DNA from: Phyllosticta citribraziliensis
Taxonomy: Eukaryota
DNA length: 64,000 nucleotides
Direction of reading: 5' to 3'
NCBI RefSeq assembly: GCF_038025025.1
Contig: NW_027117351.1
Location: 682,001 to 746,000 of the forward strand
The notes beneath the pieces were generated by a model that saw nothing but the letters and a program-made list of their open reading frames with translations, was not told the origin of the DNA and did no database searches. This document shows positions 13,557 to 26,943 of this stretch, piece after piece. How positions within the stretch are numbered: position 1 is the first letter of the stretch; each line of letters starts with the position of its first letter. A program made the position numbers and the translations under genes.

Positions 13557-15137
13557 TCAAGACGCCGTCGTCTTTGCCTTTTTCGACTTCTTGGTGGGTG
13601 ATGGCTTGGCTCGTCCCGCCGCAGTCGAGGACGATTCCGCCGGTCCTGATTTGCGCTTCTTCGCGGGGGCTGCTGTGGATCCAGTTCCTGCGCGTTGCTT
13701 CGTTAGCTTGGCTGGTTGCTGCTTCTGCTGCGGCTGCTGCTTCGGAGCCTTGGCCTTGGATTTGGTTGTTGTAGCCGGCGCTGTGGCCTTGGTCTTTTTC
13801 GTACCCTTTGATTTTTCTTTGGAGGATCCATTCGGCCATTCACAGATCCGAGTGTCTCTGGACTTGAGGCAGTTGGCACATGTCGGCCGTTGCTCGTCGC
13901 ATTTGATTCGTTTCTCGCGACAAGTCAGACAGCCGGCTGTGGACCGTGGACGCTTCGTCTTTGAGCTCTCCCCACTAGACGTGGACTGGCCGGCAAATAG
14001 TCCGTATTGCTGTTCCTCGAACATGGAGGGATAGGTGCCGTACGTGTTCGCATAGGCCACGTCGGCAAGCACATCGAGACTAGAGTCTTCTGGGGCTGCA
14101 AATGCGCCGCCGTTGGCCTGCGAGGTCGTGACTTCGTCTTTTTTCTTTCTTGCCCGCTTTTTCTTGGGTGGCTCTGATGGCTGTTGGGGAAAGCCATACG
14201 AAATTGAGTGAGTGGCTGCAATGGTCTCGTCGTTCGGCGGCGGCGCAGGGGGTGAGTCACTGAAATTCTGTAAGCTTCGGAGATCTTATTTCAAAATGAT
14301 GCAAGAAAGGGTAGCGCAGACAAAGCGACTGTCGTAGACATACTTGGCTTTCATGGCCTCCTTTTGCAGTTTTCTCTGTTTATCCAACTGGTTGGCATGG
14401 TCATGGACTGGAACGTGATGATAGAAGACATCGACACAGAGGTCCTTGATCGAAAAGATGAGCTTGATTCCTCCTTTGCAATCATAATAGTCTTTCTCCA
14501 AGGTGGTAGTGGTCGGTTCTGATTCACGTTCAGCATCTCGAGACGAATCACGTACTTGTCAAAATGACATACCGGTACCGGTGTTTTCTTCACTACCTGC
14601 TTTCTTTCTCGGCCTAGTTGATTTCTGAATCGAGTCTCGACAGGCGTAGCTGAAGCGCAGCCCGTCATTAGTGCTCGTATCTTTTGTTCGTCTGATGGTC
14701 CACCTGAAGCCGTCGGCGTACTGGATTGCTCCAACCACGGCTTTTGCCACGACCTTTTGGTAGTTTCCCTTTTCCTTTTGATCATAAAAGTTGCTCAGGG
14801 CAGCCGCAATTGAGTAGCCAGGACACGGATCCGGGTCTATGGGACCGCCGTCGGCAGCTCGCAGAGGAGTGGGTGTCTCGTCCTGGCCCACGCTCGGCCT
14901 CTCAGCGGCCTTGACTCCTGGATACTCCAGAATTGCACTCGATGGAAGCTGGAAGCGGCACACGACTTCTTCTGGAATAAGGCCTTGGGCGGTCGTTTGT
15001 ATCTGGTACTGCACGGCCGATATAACGTCGTCCAGGTCCTTGCATTGATACGCCATCTGTGGCTTCCCCGAGGACGTCCATGCCCTGGTGTCTGAGTCTG
15101 CGAACCCATTTGGCTCTACTGACTGCATGGCGCTCAT
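13557..15137 (-). CDS. Putative transcription factor with an N-terminal WRKY/GCM1-like zinc domain and a C-terminal Zn(II)2Cys6 cluster
   Basis: Exons 15137-14573, 14518-14344 and 14259-13557; both introns are GTATGT..CAG and splice in frame. Zn2Cys6: CLTCREKRIKCDEQRPTCANCLKSRDTRIC. NLS-like PPKKKRARKKK and a Lys-rich tail. Confidence 0.8.
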
Positions 15138-15465
15138 GGTGTTTTCGGGTTCAAAGCAGCAGCATGTTCGCAGAGTCGAGGTGATGGGCGGTTGGTCTTG
15201 GCAAGCAAGCGACGGGAGACAAGCTTACCTACGACGTTTCAGGAAGGGGGTCTCCAGCCGCAATCTGTGGCTCAGCACCTATCGACCTGGATGTGGTGTG
15301 GCGCACCTCGCTTCTCGGGAAAGGAAGGGGCAGTCCGGCAGCGTGTCCTCTAACTCCATTACTGCGCCGACTGGACTTCTACAACACCCGCATATCCCAA
15401 ACGCCCTGACGACCGCTTTCTGAAGATACCCCCGCCTTTCCGTTCCTTTTCGACCGCTTCCCATA

Positions 15466-16415
15466 ATGGTGCGTAGAAGCTTTCTCCCCAGCTCCACCGT
15501 GCCCGCGCAACCGGCCTGTTCTACCCGCAATCTGGGGATCATCAACTCCAACCAAGCTCCCACCCACGCACCAAACCCCAGCTTCAGGCCATCCCTTCAA
15601 CCATCAATCCATTCTCTTCAACAGTCTCTCCAATCTTTCGCGCCCCAAATGCTTTTGCCGTCGCCATCTTCACCATTGAAGCTCCAGCCAGCAGCCATGA
15701 CAAGCTAACCGCCCGCGCTTCGCCCAACAACAGTCCTCGCCGCGCCCCACCTCGCCCGTCAACTCGCCGCCCTCGACCGGCTCGACTACCGCCCGCCCCT
15801 CGTCGCCCAAGCCCCCCGGCGGTCCCGCGACCGCCATCAGGCGCAAGGCCGCGGCCGACCGTGCCGACAAGGCTGCCAATGCTCGTCCCAGCAGCACCCG
15901 CGCCGCTGGCGCTGGAGGAAGCAGCTCGACCATGCTGAGTAGGTTTCCCCACTTCTCCGCGGACTTTTGTTGTTCTTTCCTGCGGTTGCTTGGGTTACGG
16001 GGCCAAGAATGGGGAATTGGAGGGACCGAGATGCGAGAATCGGGAGAGGCCTGTGGCAAAAGGGCACACGATGAGTTTCAAAAGAGATGGTGGCTCCCTG
16101 GGACCAACGTTGGAACTCGGGGTTGTCATTTCTTTGCGACACACTCGATCAAGCAGCATGGCAACGTGATCGCGCAAGAGCAATATCAAGATCAAGAGCA
16201 TTGCTAACCCTACATCCACTTTCAGGGCTGTACACGGACGAGTCGCCCGGCCTCAAGGTCGACCCCGTCGTCGTCATGGTGCTGAGCCTGGGCTTCATCA
16301 TCTCGGTCGTCGCGCTACACGGTACGAGCACATCTCCACTCTCCCACACCCCTCAAATCGGCGGGCTAACAGAACGATAGTCATTGCCAAGGTCACGAGG
16401 AAATTCTCTGCGTAG
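15466..16415 (+). CDS. SBH1: Sec61 translocon beta subunit
   Basis: Exons 15466-15468 (ATG only), 15734-15938, 16226-16321 and 16381-16415. Protein MSSPRPTSP...[78 protein letters not shown]. Confidence 0.95.
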
Positions 16416-17019
16416 ACACAGCCTCGAGACCACGGAATGCAGATACCCGGAGCCGGAACGAAGAGAAAACGAGGAAAAATTTGGTGCAGAGCTCGTGGTG
16501 CTGGATTGTCCACCCAGACGGCAGATGGATGCCTGGGTGAGATGAATTGGACTGAGATACTACTGTTTCTGCTACTGCTACTACAACCGCCAACACAACG
16601 AACGCCGGGCAGACAGGCGGCCCAAAAGAGCGCGGTCTTCTTCAAATGCGCGCGGATATTGGAGCTGTAAATTAGGTGACTTTTTTAAGAGGGGAACGGG
16701 GTTACAGGGAAATGAATTATTGCAAAGCTCTGAAATGCCCACGCTCTCTCTCGCCTAGTGTGACGACTCGACCAGAAAGAGAAAAGATGGGCAGAGGTTT
16801 GACCATGCTGCTTCTGCTTCCACACTGTGTGCCATTACCCGTCTTCTAGTTTGATGGTGGTGCAAAGAAATATCCCGCGCAAAAGTCTTAATCGACGAGG
16901 AAGTCGGTATCCATGTTCTTCGATTGATCCTCGTCCTCGTCCTCGTCCCGCCGCTGGTCGTCGCTACCCTGTGGAGAACCGAGTCTCGATTTCTTGCACC
17001 ACTTCTTCATCAACTGTTT

Positions 17020-18626
17020 CTACCGATTGACGGCGGTGAAGCCGCCGCCGCTGCTGCTGAACCCAGCCGGCGGCTGACTACCCTCCTGCGCCGGGCGGCC
17101 CGCCTCGCCCATTTCCGTGTCCTGCATTCCGCCGCGCCGCTCGCCATTCGCGTCTGAGCCCGAGCCCGAGCCCATCTTGTCGCCTGCCCCGCCGCCGTAG
17201 GGCCGGCTGTATTCCGCGCTGGCCGTGGAGCCGTTCTCGACCGACCGCCGCTCCTCGACAAACTGCGGCTGCGGCAGAGGGCCGCCGTGCGAGGTCGCCG
17301 AGAGCGGGCGCAGAGGCTGTCCCGTGGTGCTGCCAAAGGGCGTCGACGGCGTGGCGGCGCCGTTCATGGGCGTGGGCATGGATGGGTGGCCCGGTCCGAA
17401 GGAAGAGAACATGCCGCTTTGGCTGCCGCCGTGGCGAGGCTCTGGCGTCGATGCGGCCGACATGGTTTGGACGTCTCGGAGGTGCGAGTGCGAGTTGTTG
17501 GGGTTGTGGGGCGAGTGGTGCGAGGGGACGTTGCTTCCGTGTTGTGAGGAATCGAGAGGAGGCGTCTTTTGACGATGGCCACGCTTGCTCCGGGTGGGCT
17601 TCTCTTGAGGCTGTCATCTCCCGTCAGTTATTGACGAATCTCGTTCCCCTGGACACGAACCGTTGGAGGAGGACTGGTGCTACGATCGGACTCATCTACA
17701 TTGGGCGCCATTCTTTCGGCGAGTCGCTCCAGGAGAAAGGCGCGTTCCAGCCTCAGCTTCATGATTGATCGGTCGACCCGGAGTTTCCGCAGTCGTGCCG
17801 CATCATTGTTGGCCTCGATTTCGTTCAGGCGACGTTTCAGCTCAATGCATTTCCGGTAGTACGCCGCCTCGACTGACGGGGGGAGAGGTGTCGTGTTTTC
17901 TGCTTGCTTGTTAGCAGAAGCTCAGTAGAAGATTCTCATGCGAACGATTGTGAAGCAGCGCAACGGTACGGGTCCTCCGGCTAGTTAGATAAGGCTGTTC
18001 TGGCGGGTCATCCAAGAGAAGGAGGGCTTAATCGAAGCCAAAGTCCGGAAGACCCAAGTGGTATCCAAGTGTGTGGTGTTGCCTCGCGCATCAACTGAGT
18101 TGGAGGTCGAACAGTCCTTCACTCGTTGGGCGCAACCCTGTCGTAATGGTATTGTATTTTACGGCAGTCTGCGGTAGTCGCAAGACGTCTTCCATTCCGA
18201 CTGGATTCCCTGCCTTGCTAAGTTGCTGTACTCGACCCAAGCGTTGTAGTTTTTAGGGCCAGAATTGTCCGGACGATCGAGCGGCGATTTCGGATGTTCA
18301 GTAGCGGCGTGGAAGGTATCGCTGTCCGAAGCTGGTGTTTGGCTCACTTGGGGAGCGGCCGACGCGCTTTCAAAGGGAACGACCTTTGGAAGACCCGCGT
18401 TGGAACTGGCGCAAGCTGTTGACATCTTGATGCTGGCTCTTGAGTTTGCCGAACGGATCTGCGGTTCGTCTTTGTGGTTGAATTGGTCCCGACGATGGAA
18501 TCGGCCTCCAGAGCTCCAGGGCGCGTTCGAAGAACAGTTTGCAAAGCAAGACCCGGGGGGTGACGATGCGCGAAAGGATGACGCGTGAAGAGCAAGGGAA
18601 TGGGAAGACAAACCTGTAGGCGGCAT
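17020..18626 (-). CDS. INO80-complex-associated protein (Nhp10 N-terminal/INO80F-like coiled coil, no HMG box seen)
   Basis: Exons 18626-18614, 17899-17661 and 17610-17020 give MPPTENTTPLPPSVEAAYYRKCIELKRRLNEIEANNDAARLRKLRVDRSIMKLRLERAFLLERL...SPPPTPQEKPTRSKRGHR...GGFTAVNR. The first exon is inferred from phase compatibility. Confidence 0.72.
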
Positions 18627-20050
18627 TGCGCAGGCCGTGGTGTGGGGTTGGTGGGTCAAGAGGTGCTCGTGAGAGAGGAGGAAAGGGATGGTCGTGTCGA
18701 GTGGAGAGGAAGTAGCGCAAGAAGTGGAGGGCGAGGAGATGGTGCGGAGGAAGTCTGGGGACGACAGGTCCAGTCCAGTTGGCTCCAAGCTCGAGGGGAC
18801 GGAGCGGCCAGTGTAGGTGGCCTGTGCATAGGGCTGAAGCTAGAGCCCTCAACCACCATGATCTACTTCTTCACTTCCCTCCTTGGTATCATGAACTATT
18901 CAATTTGGCTGTGGGCGTTTGTGATCGTAGTATCGTCATACTGACACTTCATGTATTTTATTTCCAGGGGTTGATAAGAGCAGTCAATATGTGTGTGAGT
19001 CCTGACACGAATCACCGCTTTTTTCTCCATTCCATCTCTCAAGTTTCAAATGGCAAAATGCATAGCTAGGGACTCATGGCATCGTGACGTTACAGTTCTC
19101 GTCGAACTAACCATCAACCAAGCCATTTGCCATATAACATGGTGAACTACTGAGCTGGCCATTTGAGGTCACGCATTTTTCATCAGAGCAGAAGTCAACT
19201 TCTTGTTCAACTCCATCTCTGCAGGACTCATGATGTAAGAGATCCAAGCAGAAGTTGGCAGAGCAGAACAAGAGCATGAGGAATCTGAAGAACTTTAAAA
19301 GCAGTTTGTTCCAAAGCACAAGCGCAGATATATATCAAAGCATTAGCTGTAAGCCGGAGCATTCTCCGTTCGCAGGTCAGCATAACACGCCTGGAAGGAT
19401 GCCAAGCTCAGTCAATAGATCCACCGGTCTATCGCGAAGTGACAGGTCCAATTGGGACACCGAGTGGCTTCATGGCGCAACTTGGTCTACTCATGTTACT
19501 CCAATCCCACGATCAATACTCCCACGTTTAACCCCCACCTTTCGTCACCATGACATCTGAAAAACGGACGCAAACGAAAAGAAGATAAAAGGCGCTTGCC
19601 CTCGCAAGTCATTGGCCCTACCCAGCAGGACCGAATAGGCTTTCTCCGTATCAATAGTGGCACTCGCAGCGCAGCTATCGATTTGACCGATTATTCAGCG
19701 ACGCGGATGGCCTGGACTACTCGCTTGTTCCTGAGCACGACTCATCCCGTCCCTGTTGGGATGAGGCGGGCCGCCGATCCCGGGTTTCGACGTGCGCACG
19801 CCGCAAAAGTTGGCAACCCAACGGGCGGGACGGGAGGGGTGGCGAGTGGTTGGGAAAGTGTGGAGGGCGAGGTGGAGAAGGGCTGGGGATGAGTTTGATC
19901 AGAATTGGCCGACTTGTGTCGAATATACATATGAGAGCGATTGTGTTGTATAGTAGGTGAAGTAGAGGTGGTCCGTCAAGTCGCACCATTTCGAGAGCGC
20001 ACAGTGACGTAGTTTCCCGAAATCCACAACTGAGGAAAAAAGAAAGAGAG

Positions 20051-20075
20051 AAAAAAAAAAAAAAAAAAAAAAAAA
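20051..20075. repeat. Poly(A) tract, 25 nt
   Basis: Directly visible in the intergenic region. Confidence 0.9.
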
Positions 20076-21714
20076 CAGGTGAAAGCCTTGCAGCCAATCC
20101 AGATGCTTGAGCATAACGTGGCTAGGTTCGACGCCGGCAGAGGGGGAGGGGAGGGGTAGTGGGACAGGCTATACGCGGATTGGTTAAGCTGCTGCCAGAT
20201 CGAGTAATGCTTTAGAAGACGGAGAGTTTCCGGGAGACATGGGGCCGCGGCGGACCGATGTGGATGATGCCACGGCCATGTCGTGGCTCTTGGAGCTTTC
20301 TGTCCAATTGCACAGGTGACGTGTCTGGGGCGTGCCAAGTGCCCTTTGGTCTGGTCTCGGTTTTCTTTGTCTGGATGGGATGCTTGTGTCTAGATCTGGC
20401 CATAGGTCGATCACGGCACCTTGGTGGATTGATCATCTGTACAAGGAATAGATGAAAAACAAAGCCTTGCATGGGTCCACGCCATGACCATGGAAAAAGT
20501 ACAGAATGCTGCATTTTCCGCCATTTGTTGGTCACGGGAGATTGTGGCATTCCTTGTAGTCCCCCGAAGTACGATTCGACAGTGCTGGTAAAAGGCACGG
20601 GGTTGAAGCGGGATCCAAAGGCAGGCGGTCTGGTAGAGCAGAGGGACGGCGGCCAGCAGCTTGCAGCGATCCGGGGCACGTTGCACACGCGGTTGCCGAT
20701 GGTCGGTGTGCGCACAGTGCAGTCAATTGAGCGTCGGATGGCAAGGAAATAACCATACATACCATGATCAGGGGACAAGACGGGACCCATGCCGTTGAAC
20801 GGCACGGGATGGCGTTGACGGGCCGATGCTGCGGCTGCATGAGGATACGAGGAGGGCTAGGGTGCGGTGCGGTGCTGTTCTGTAGAGAGCAGAGGGAATG
20901 AGAGGTGTTCTGTTTATGGCGAGGGATTGGCAGACGCGTGAGGCGGCAGTTGGATTTGGTGGAGATGAGATTGCTATGGAAAGTTTATCTGCACCGAAGC
21001 CGTTCGGCTCCTTCAGCGGCACTACCTATGGCGGGCAACGGGATAACCTGGCACGGTGCGACGACTCAATGACAAAGGGAGCTGCCATGCGACAAAACAA
21101 AACAAAGAGCGAAGGAAAGCAATAACGGTGGGGATAGGGTTTGCGGCGCACCGTGGGCCTTGGATGAAACAGAGGTTGACGGCCTCGACCAGGGTGGAGA
21201 CAAGCAGTCGGCAGTGAGAGGACCTGGCGGAAGAAGGACGAGAGGCAAAAGGAAGAGCGAGCGAACAAAAGAAACAATGAAGTCAAGCCGTACATAGACA
21301 GAAGAGCAATAGTTAACTACCACATTAGTTGGAGGGGAGGGACAGCGCATGGCAGAGGTAACGAATCACCGACCAAAGGGGCACGCACTACTCGGCGCCA
21401 TCAATCTCCGTTTGTGATAGGCACAGCTTCATGTTGTCGACTGCTCTGCTCCTCCACCGAGTTGTCGTCGTCGTCGTCGTCGCCGTCCGTCCGTCTCGTC
21501 TCGTCTCGTCTCGTCTCGTCTCGTCTCGTCTGCTCTGCCGCCCCCATCCCCATCCTGCAGCTCGTCAGGTCCTCCAGCCCGTCCCCACCCCCTCACACGC
21601 CTCACTCCAACTCGACGACTCGACTCCCCCTCGTCCTCCACCACCGCGACCACCATTCTTCTCTCTCGTGTCGTGTCCGGCCAAGCCCCGACCAGCGTGC
21701 AGCGCAGACGTCCC

Positions 21715-23026
<1,312 letters not shown>

Positions 23027-23930
23027 TCTCGACGGGCTCACCGGTAGCTACACACAGTCAGAGGCGCGAGCAATGCCATAGCTCCATTCTTCCCAGTTCC
23101 TCAATGCTTTCAGGTCGGGCGTGGTTGGTTTCCCGGATACCTTGTTGTGGAGACCCGGCGCTTTGGGTAGCGGAATCAGTTTTTCCCTCAACTTTTGGCA
23201 GCTTTCGATTCGAGTTGAAAGATCATCAAACATTGGAGAGAGTGTGAAATTGGCTCATGGGAACAACACATCATGATGCAGCTGACAAGACGCGCAGTTG
23301 CAGACGACTGGTGCTGGGAGCTTAGAGCTTGCAGAGGCCGCGAGAGAGGAAGATGGGCCGGCGGGAGCACGGACAAAAGGCATTCGAGGGTCTGTTCATG
23401 GGCTTCCAAAGCTGGCGAATCCGGAAGATTTGGCCTCGAGGACAAGGATGGCGTGGAGGAACTCTCGCACAAGGGATGAGTATAATCTCTTTTTTTTTTT
23501 CTAAATCTCTCAGCTCGAAGCTCTCTCAGTTATCCATTCTACTTTCTGCAAGAAATTTCTATTTTCCAACTATTCTCTGTGATTGAGCAAAGCCATGGTG
23601 CTCGGCGGGTCAGGTGGGAGACGTGCTCATTCAGGACGCGCCGCGGGCTTTTGTTGTTTACAGCAAAACCCCAGCCTCTCAGCCTGCCAAAATTGATCCT
23701 CGCGAGCGTCCTCAAGCGGAATAACTCTGATCTCACGGCTGCTTGTGTCGTTTTGTTTACCTTGAGCTAGGGCATCTTGTCAAAGCACATCTTGACACCA
23801 CAACTGCACACCCTCTATCACAGAATTTCGCGCTCCCAGCACCTGGTAAGAAATCTGCCCGCCCGAGCAATCCTCATTGACTGACAAGTACCACTTCTTC
23901 CTCAGGTCTTCTTGCGAGGAATCCGCCAAC

Positions 23931-26900
23931 ATGCCGGTGGTCAGCTGCTACAGTCCTCAAAAGCGTCATCCGACGTCGCCCAAGAAGTCGTCAATTGGCA
24001 GCGGCCGGTCTGGCGATTCCCCCAAGTTGTTCCAGACTCTTGACGAGACCCAGCGGTCGCAATCGTACCGGTCCCGCTACGGCGACGACTCCTATCGCGA
24101 CCAATACGACCGTGAGAGAGGCCTCCGCAGCAAATCTCAGCCTCCTCCGCTCGGCAACCGGAATTACACAGGACGCGAATCCGACGAGGCTACATCCGCT
24201 ACAAATGCCGTCTCTGACACACCGCGCACAACCATCACGACGTTCATGGCTCAGATGGATGAGCAGGCTCAAGTAAAGAGGCCCCGGCGCTCCAGTTTTG
24301 GCCCGGGAAACCTGAAGCTTGTTCCGGAGGAAGACGAGGAGGCTATCCCGACGGATCGTGCGTTCATCGAGTCGCGCAGGGAGAAGAAGCTCTTGGAAAT
24401 GATGGCAAGCTCGAATACGACACCGCCCCGTTCTCGCCAGCCCAGCGTGGAGTACGATGATGGCACTCCTCCCTATGCGGCTCGCGTCCATTACAAGAAG
24501 CGCAGTCCCAAGAGGGGACTTCGAGTTGCCATGCCAAGCCACATCAGAATGCGGTCCAAGAAGTTCAACTTGCGCTTCAGGTCGCAGTCCTCATCTGAAG
24601 CTGATCCGCCTGGAGACAAGGCCTCTGATGACCGACGATCCAAGACTTTCAATGCGCTGCCGGGCACCGATGGCGATATGCCGGCCATTCCACAGGCGCC
24701 CTCCTCGAGCGCAACTCAGCAGAGCAGATTCTCTGACCAAAGCAAGAATAGCAAGGCCAGCCTTCCCCAGCACAATCCTGGCCCATCGACCGTCAGCCTT
24801 GACAGCTCAAGCACTCCTCCGCCCCCGCCTGCCAAAGACACTCCCCCTCATCTCAAGAAGTTGAACCTTGAACTCGCTGCTAGAAGGATGCCAGCCTTTG
24901 GGAGCGTTGGAGAGCATGGCATGTCTGAGACGGAGACGGATTGTTTCAATGCTGACAAGAAAGCCCCGACTGAGCACGAGGCGACCGAGGAAATCAAGAT
25001 GCGGTCTGGCCCTGCAGGGCTTGTCCAAGTAGTAGGTCGGGCTCCCAGCCTTTACTCGATGCGCGGCAGCATTGGAGGACACCAGGACTTGTTGCCTTGC
25101 GAGACCAAGTCCACGCCCGAAGGCCTTCGCCTGAAGCAGACTCTGCGTGTCACAACGTCAAATGGAGAAGTCTTTGACTACTCTCCTTCGGTGTACTCTG
25201 TGCAGTCTCAGACTCCTGGAACTTGCGAGGTATGTTTGTGGTTTCTTTGTCCTGTGTGGTTAGCCGCGTTGCGTTGGTGACTGCTGCACGCACTGCGACT
25301 GCCCCAACATCAGACCCTGTGACGTCAGCTACCTGATGTCTCGGCGGCTGCCCGGGCCGTGGTGGGTGTGAGGTGCGCGGACGGGCAGTCCTCGCGGCTA
25401 CATGTGACCCTCATCATTGCTTCCATTGATGTGATTCCCGTCCAATTCACCAGTCTTCACCCAACATTCAACCGTCTTACCGACCACATTGCTTACATTT
25501 ACCGTCTTTCAGTCTGATAAATTCATTCGCTTCCCAAAGCACACCTCCAAGCTTGCGCCCATAGAGGAGCCTTCGGATCGCGACCATCACCATCAAAGCA
25601 CTCCAGTCAAGGGCAAGCTCACGCGTAAGCATCCATTCACCCTCCAAGGTCGGTCGCAGTCTCTCCCAAACAAGTCTTCGCCTGAGCCAGCACGGGAGCA
25701 AGAGGGTGAAGAAGAGCCTTTGGACAGGGCTGCGGGTCTGAATCTTGATTCGGCTTGCTGGCCGCATCGAACGTCTTCGCTCAAAGGGCAGGAGCTCCCT
25801 TTGCCACACCTTACCTCTCCATGTCTTTTGCCATCACCCTCCAGCTATGGCCATTCTGAACATCCTCTGACCTCTTCTTATCCGCAAACAGGAACCCGCA
25901 TGGCGCCCCACATCATGGAGAGTTCACACCAAGAATCTTCTTCCCACGTCGGCAACCGCGATCAGAGCAACCAGAATCATACCACTCCTGTCAGAGAGAT
26001 GCCTGAGCCTACCAGCAACGTCAAGACGCCCAGTCACGTCACCGGCAACGCGCAACCAAACCAGCCGACTGCGCCTTCCTTTGGCCTCACGCCTTTCCTC
26101 TCTCAGTTTCAGCGCGACCCGAGCGAGTCTCCGATGAGCTTCCAAGTCCCAAGCGCCGTGCCTTCTCCACTCAATAGCCGTACCGCGTCTCAGACCATGG
26201 CTATTCCGAAGGACCCCTTGTGCGAGATCATCACCGGTTTCCATGTTCTTCACTTTCACATTGACCAAGCCAACGACGCGGCCCAGACGACGACTAGGCA
26301 ATCCCAGGATGAGGTCTTCGCCTATGTGGCCTCCCAGGTTGATGATATCAAGAACGTCATGAATGAACAGTATACAGACCTTCGAAGCAACATGGACGCG
26401 GTTGAGCACAATGTGGGCCGTTCGGGAGCCGAGTTGGAGAAAGTCAAGAAGGCGATCGAGACATTCAACGTCAACCTGGATGAGCAAGTCATGAAGCCGA
26501 TGAAGGCACTGGCGGACAAGAACGATCACGTATGCAGCGTACTTGGCAGGCTCGATGAGATGATGCAGCGGTTTGAGAAAAAGTTGGACGACGTGGTCAA
26601 GATGTGCTCTGCATCTCAAGACGACAACGTCCCAGGCCCTAGTCCACCTGCCCAGATTCGTCGGCCTTACCATGGACCACCGCCTGGAATCCCTCTCTGG
26701 AATGGCTATGACAATGCTCGCCAGATGGTAATGGGCAACCAAGGTGGTGGCCAGATGCCGTACACTCAAGTCGGTCAGAGTTACTACAACGGAGGCGAGT
26801 CTGCCCAGCACCCCAACTACCAGGGTGGTTACAACAATGCAAGCCATGGCCACGGCTACGGCTGCGGCTACGGCCACAGCCGCAGCAACAGCAACGGCAA

Positions 26901-26943
26901 TGGAAACAGGAGCGGAAACGGCCCCGGCGCCGGCAATCGGTAG
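23931..26943 (+). CDS. Hypothetical ~900-aa low-complexity protein with a C-terminal coiled coil and a G/N/Y-rich tail
   Basis: Exons 23931-25229 and 25513-26943 (283-nt GTATGT..TTTCAG intron, phase 0) join the 467-aa and 484-aa ORFs. A probable 5'-UTR intron lies at 23846-23905. No family recognised. Confidence 0.7.

Noticed and set aside
14178..14200. 19-nt GTATGG..AACAG intron-like segment in the zinc TF
   Set aside because: Too short, and the frame is already open through it when the acceptor at 14260 is used.
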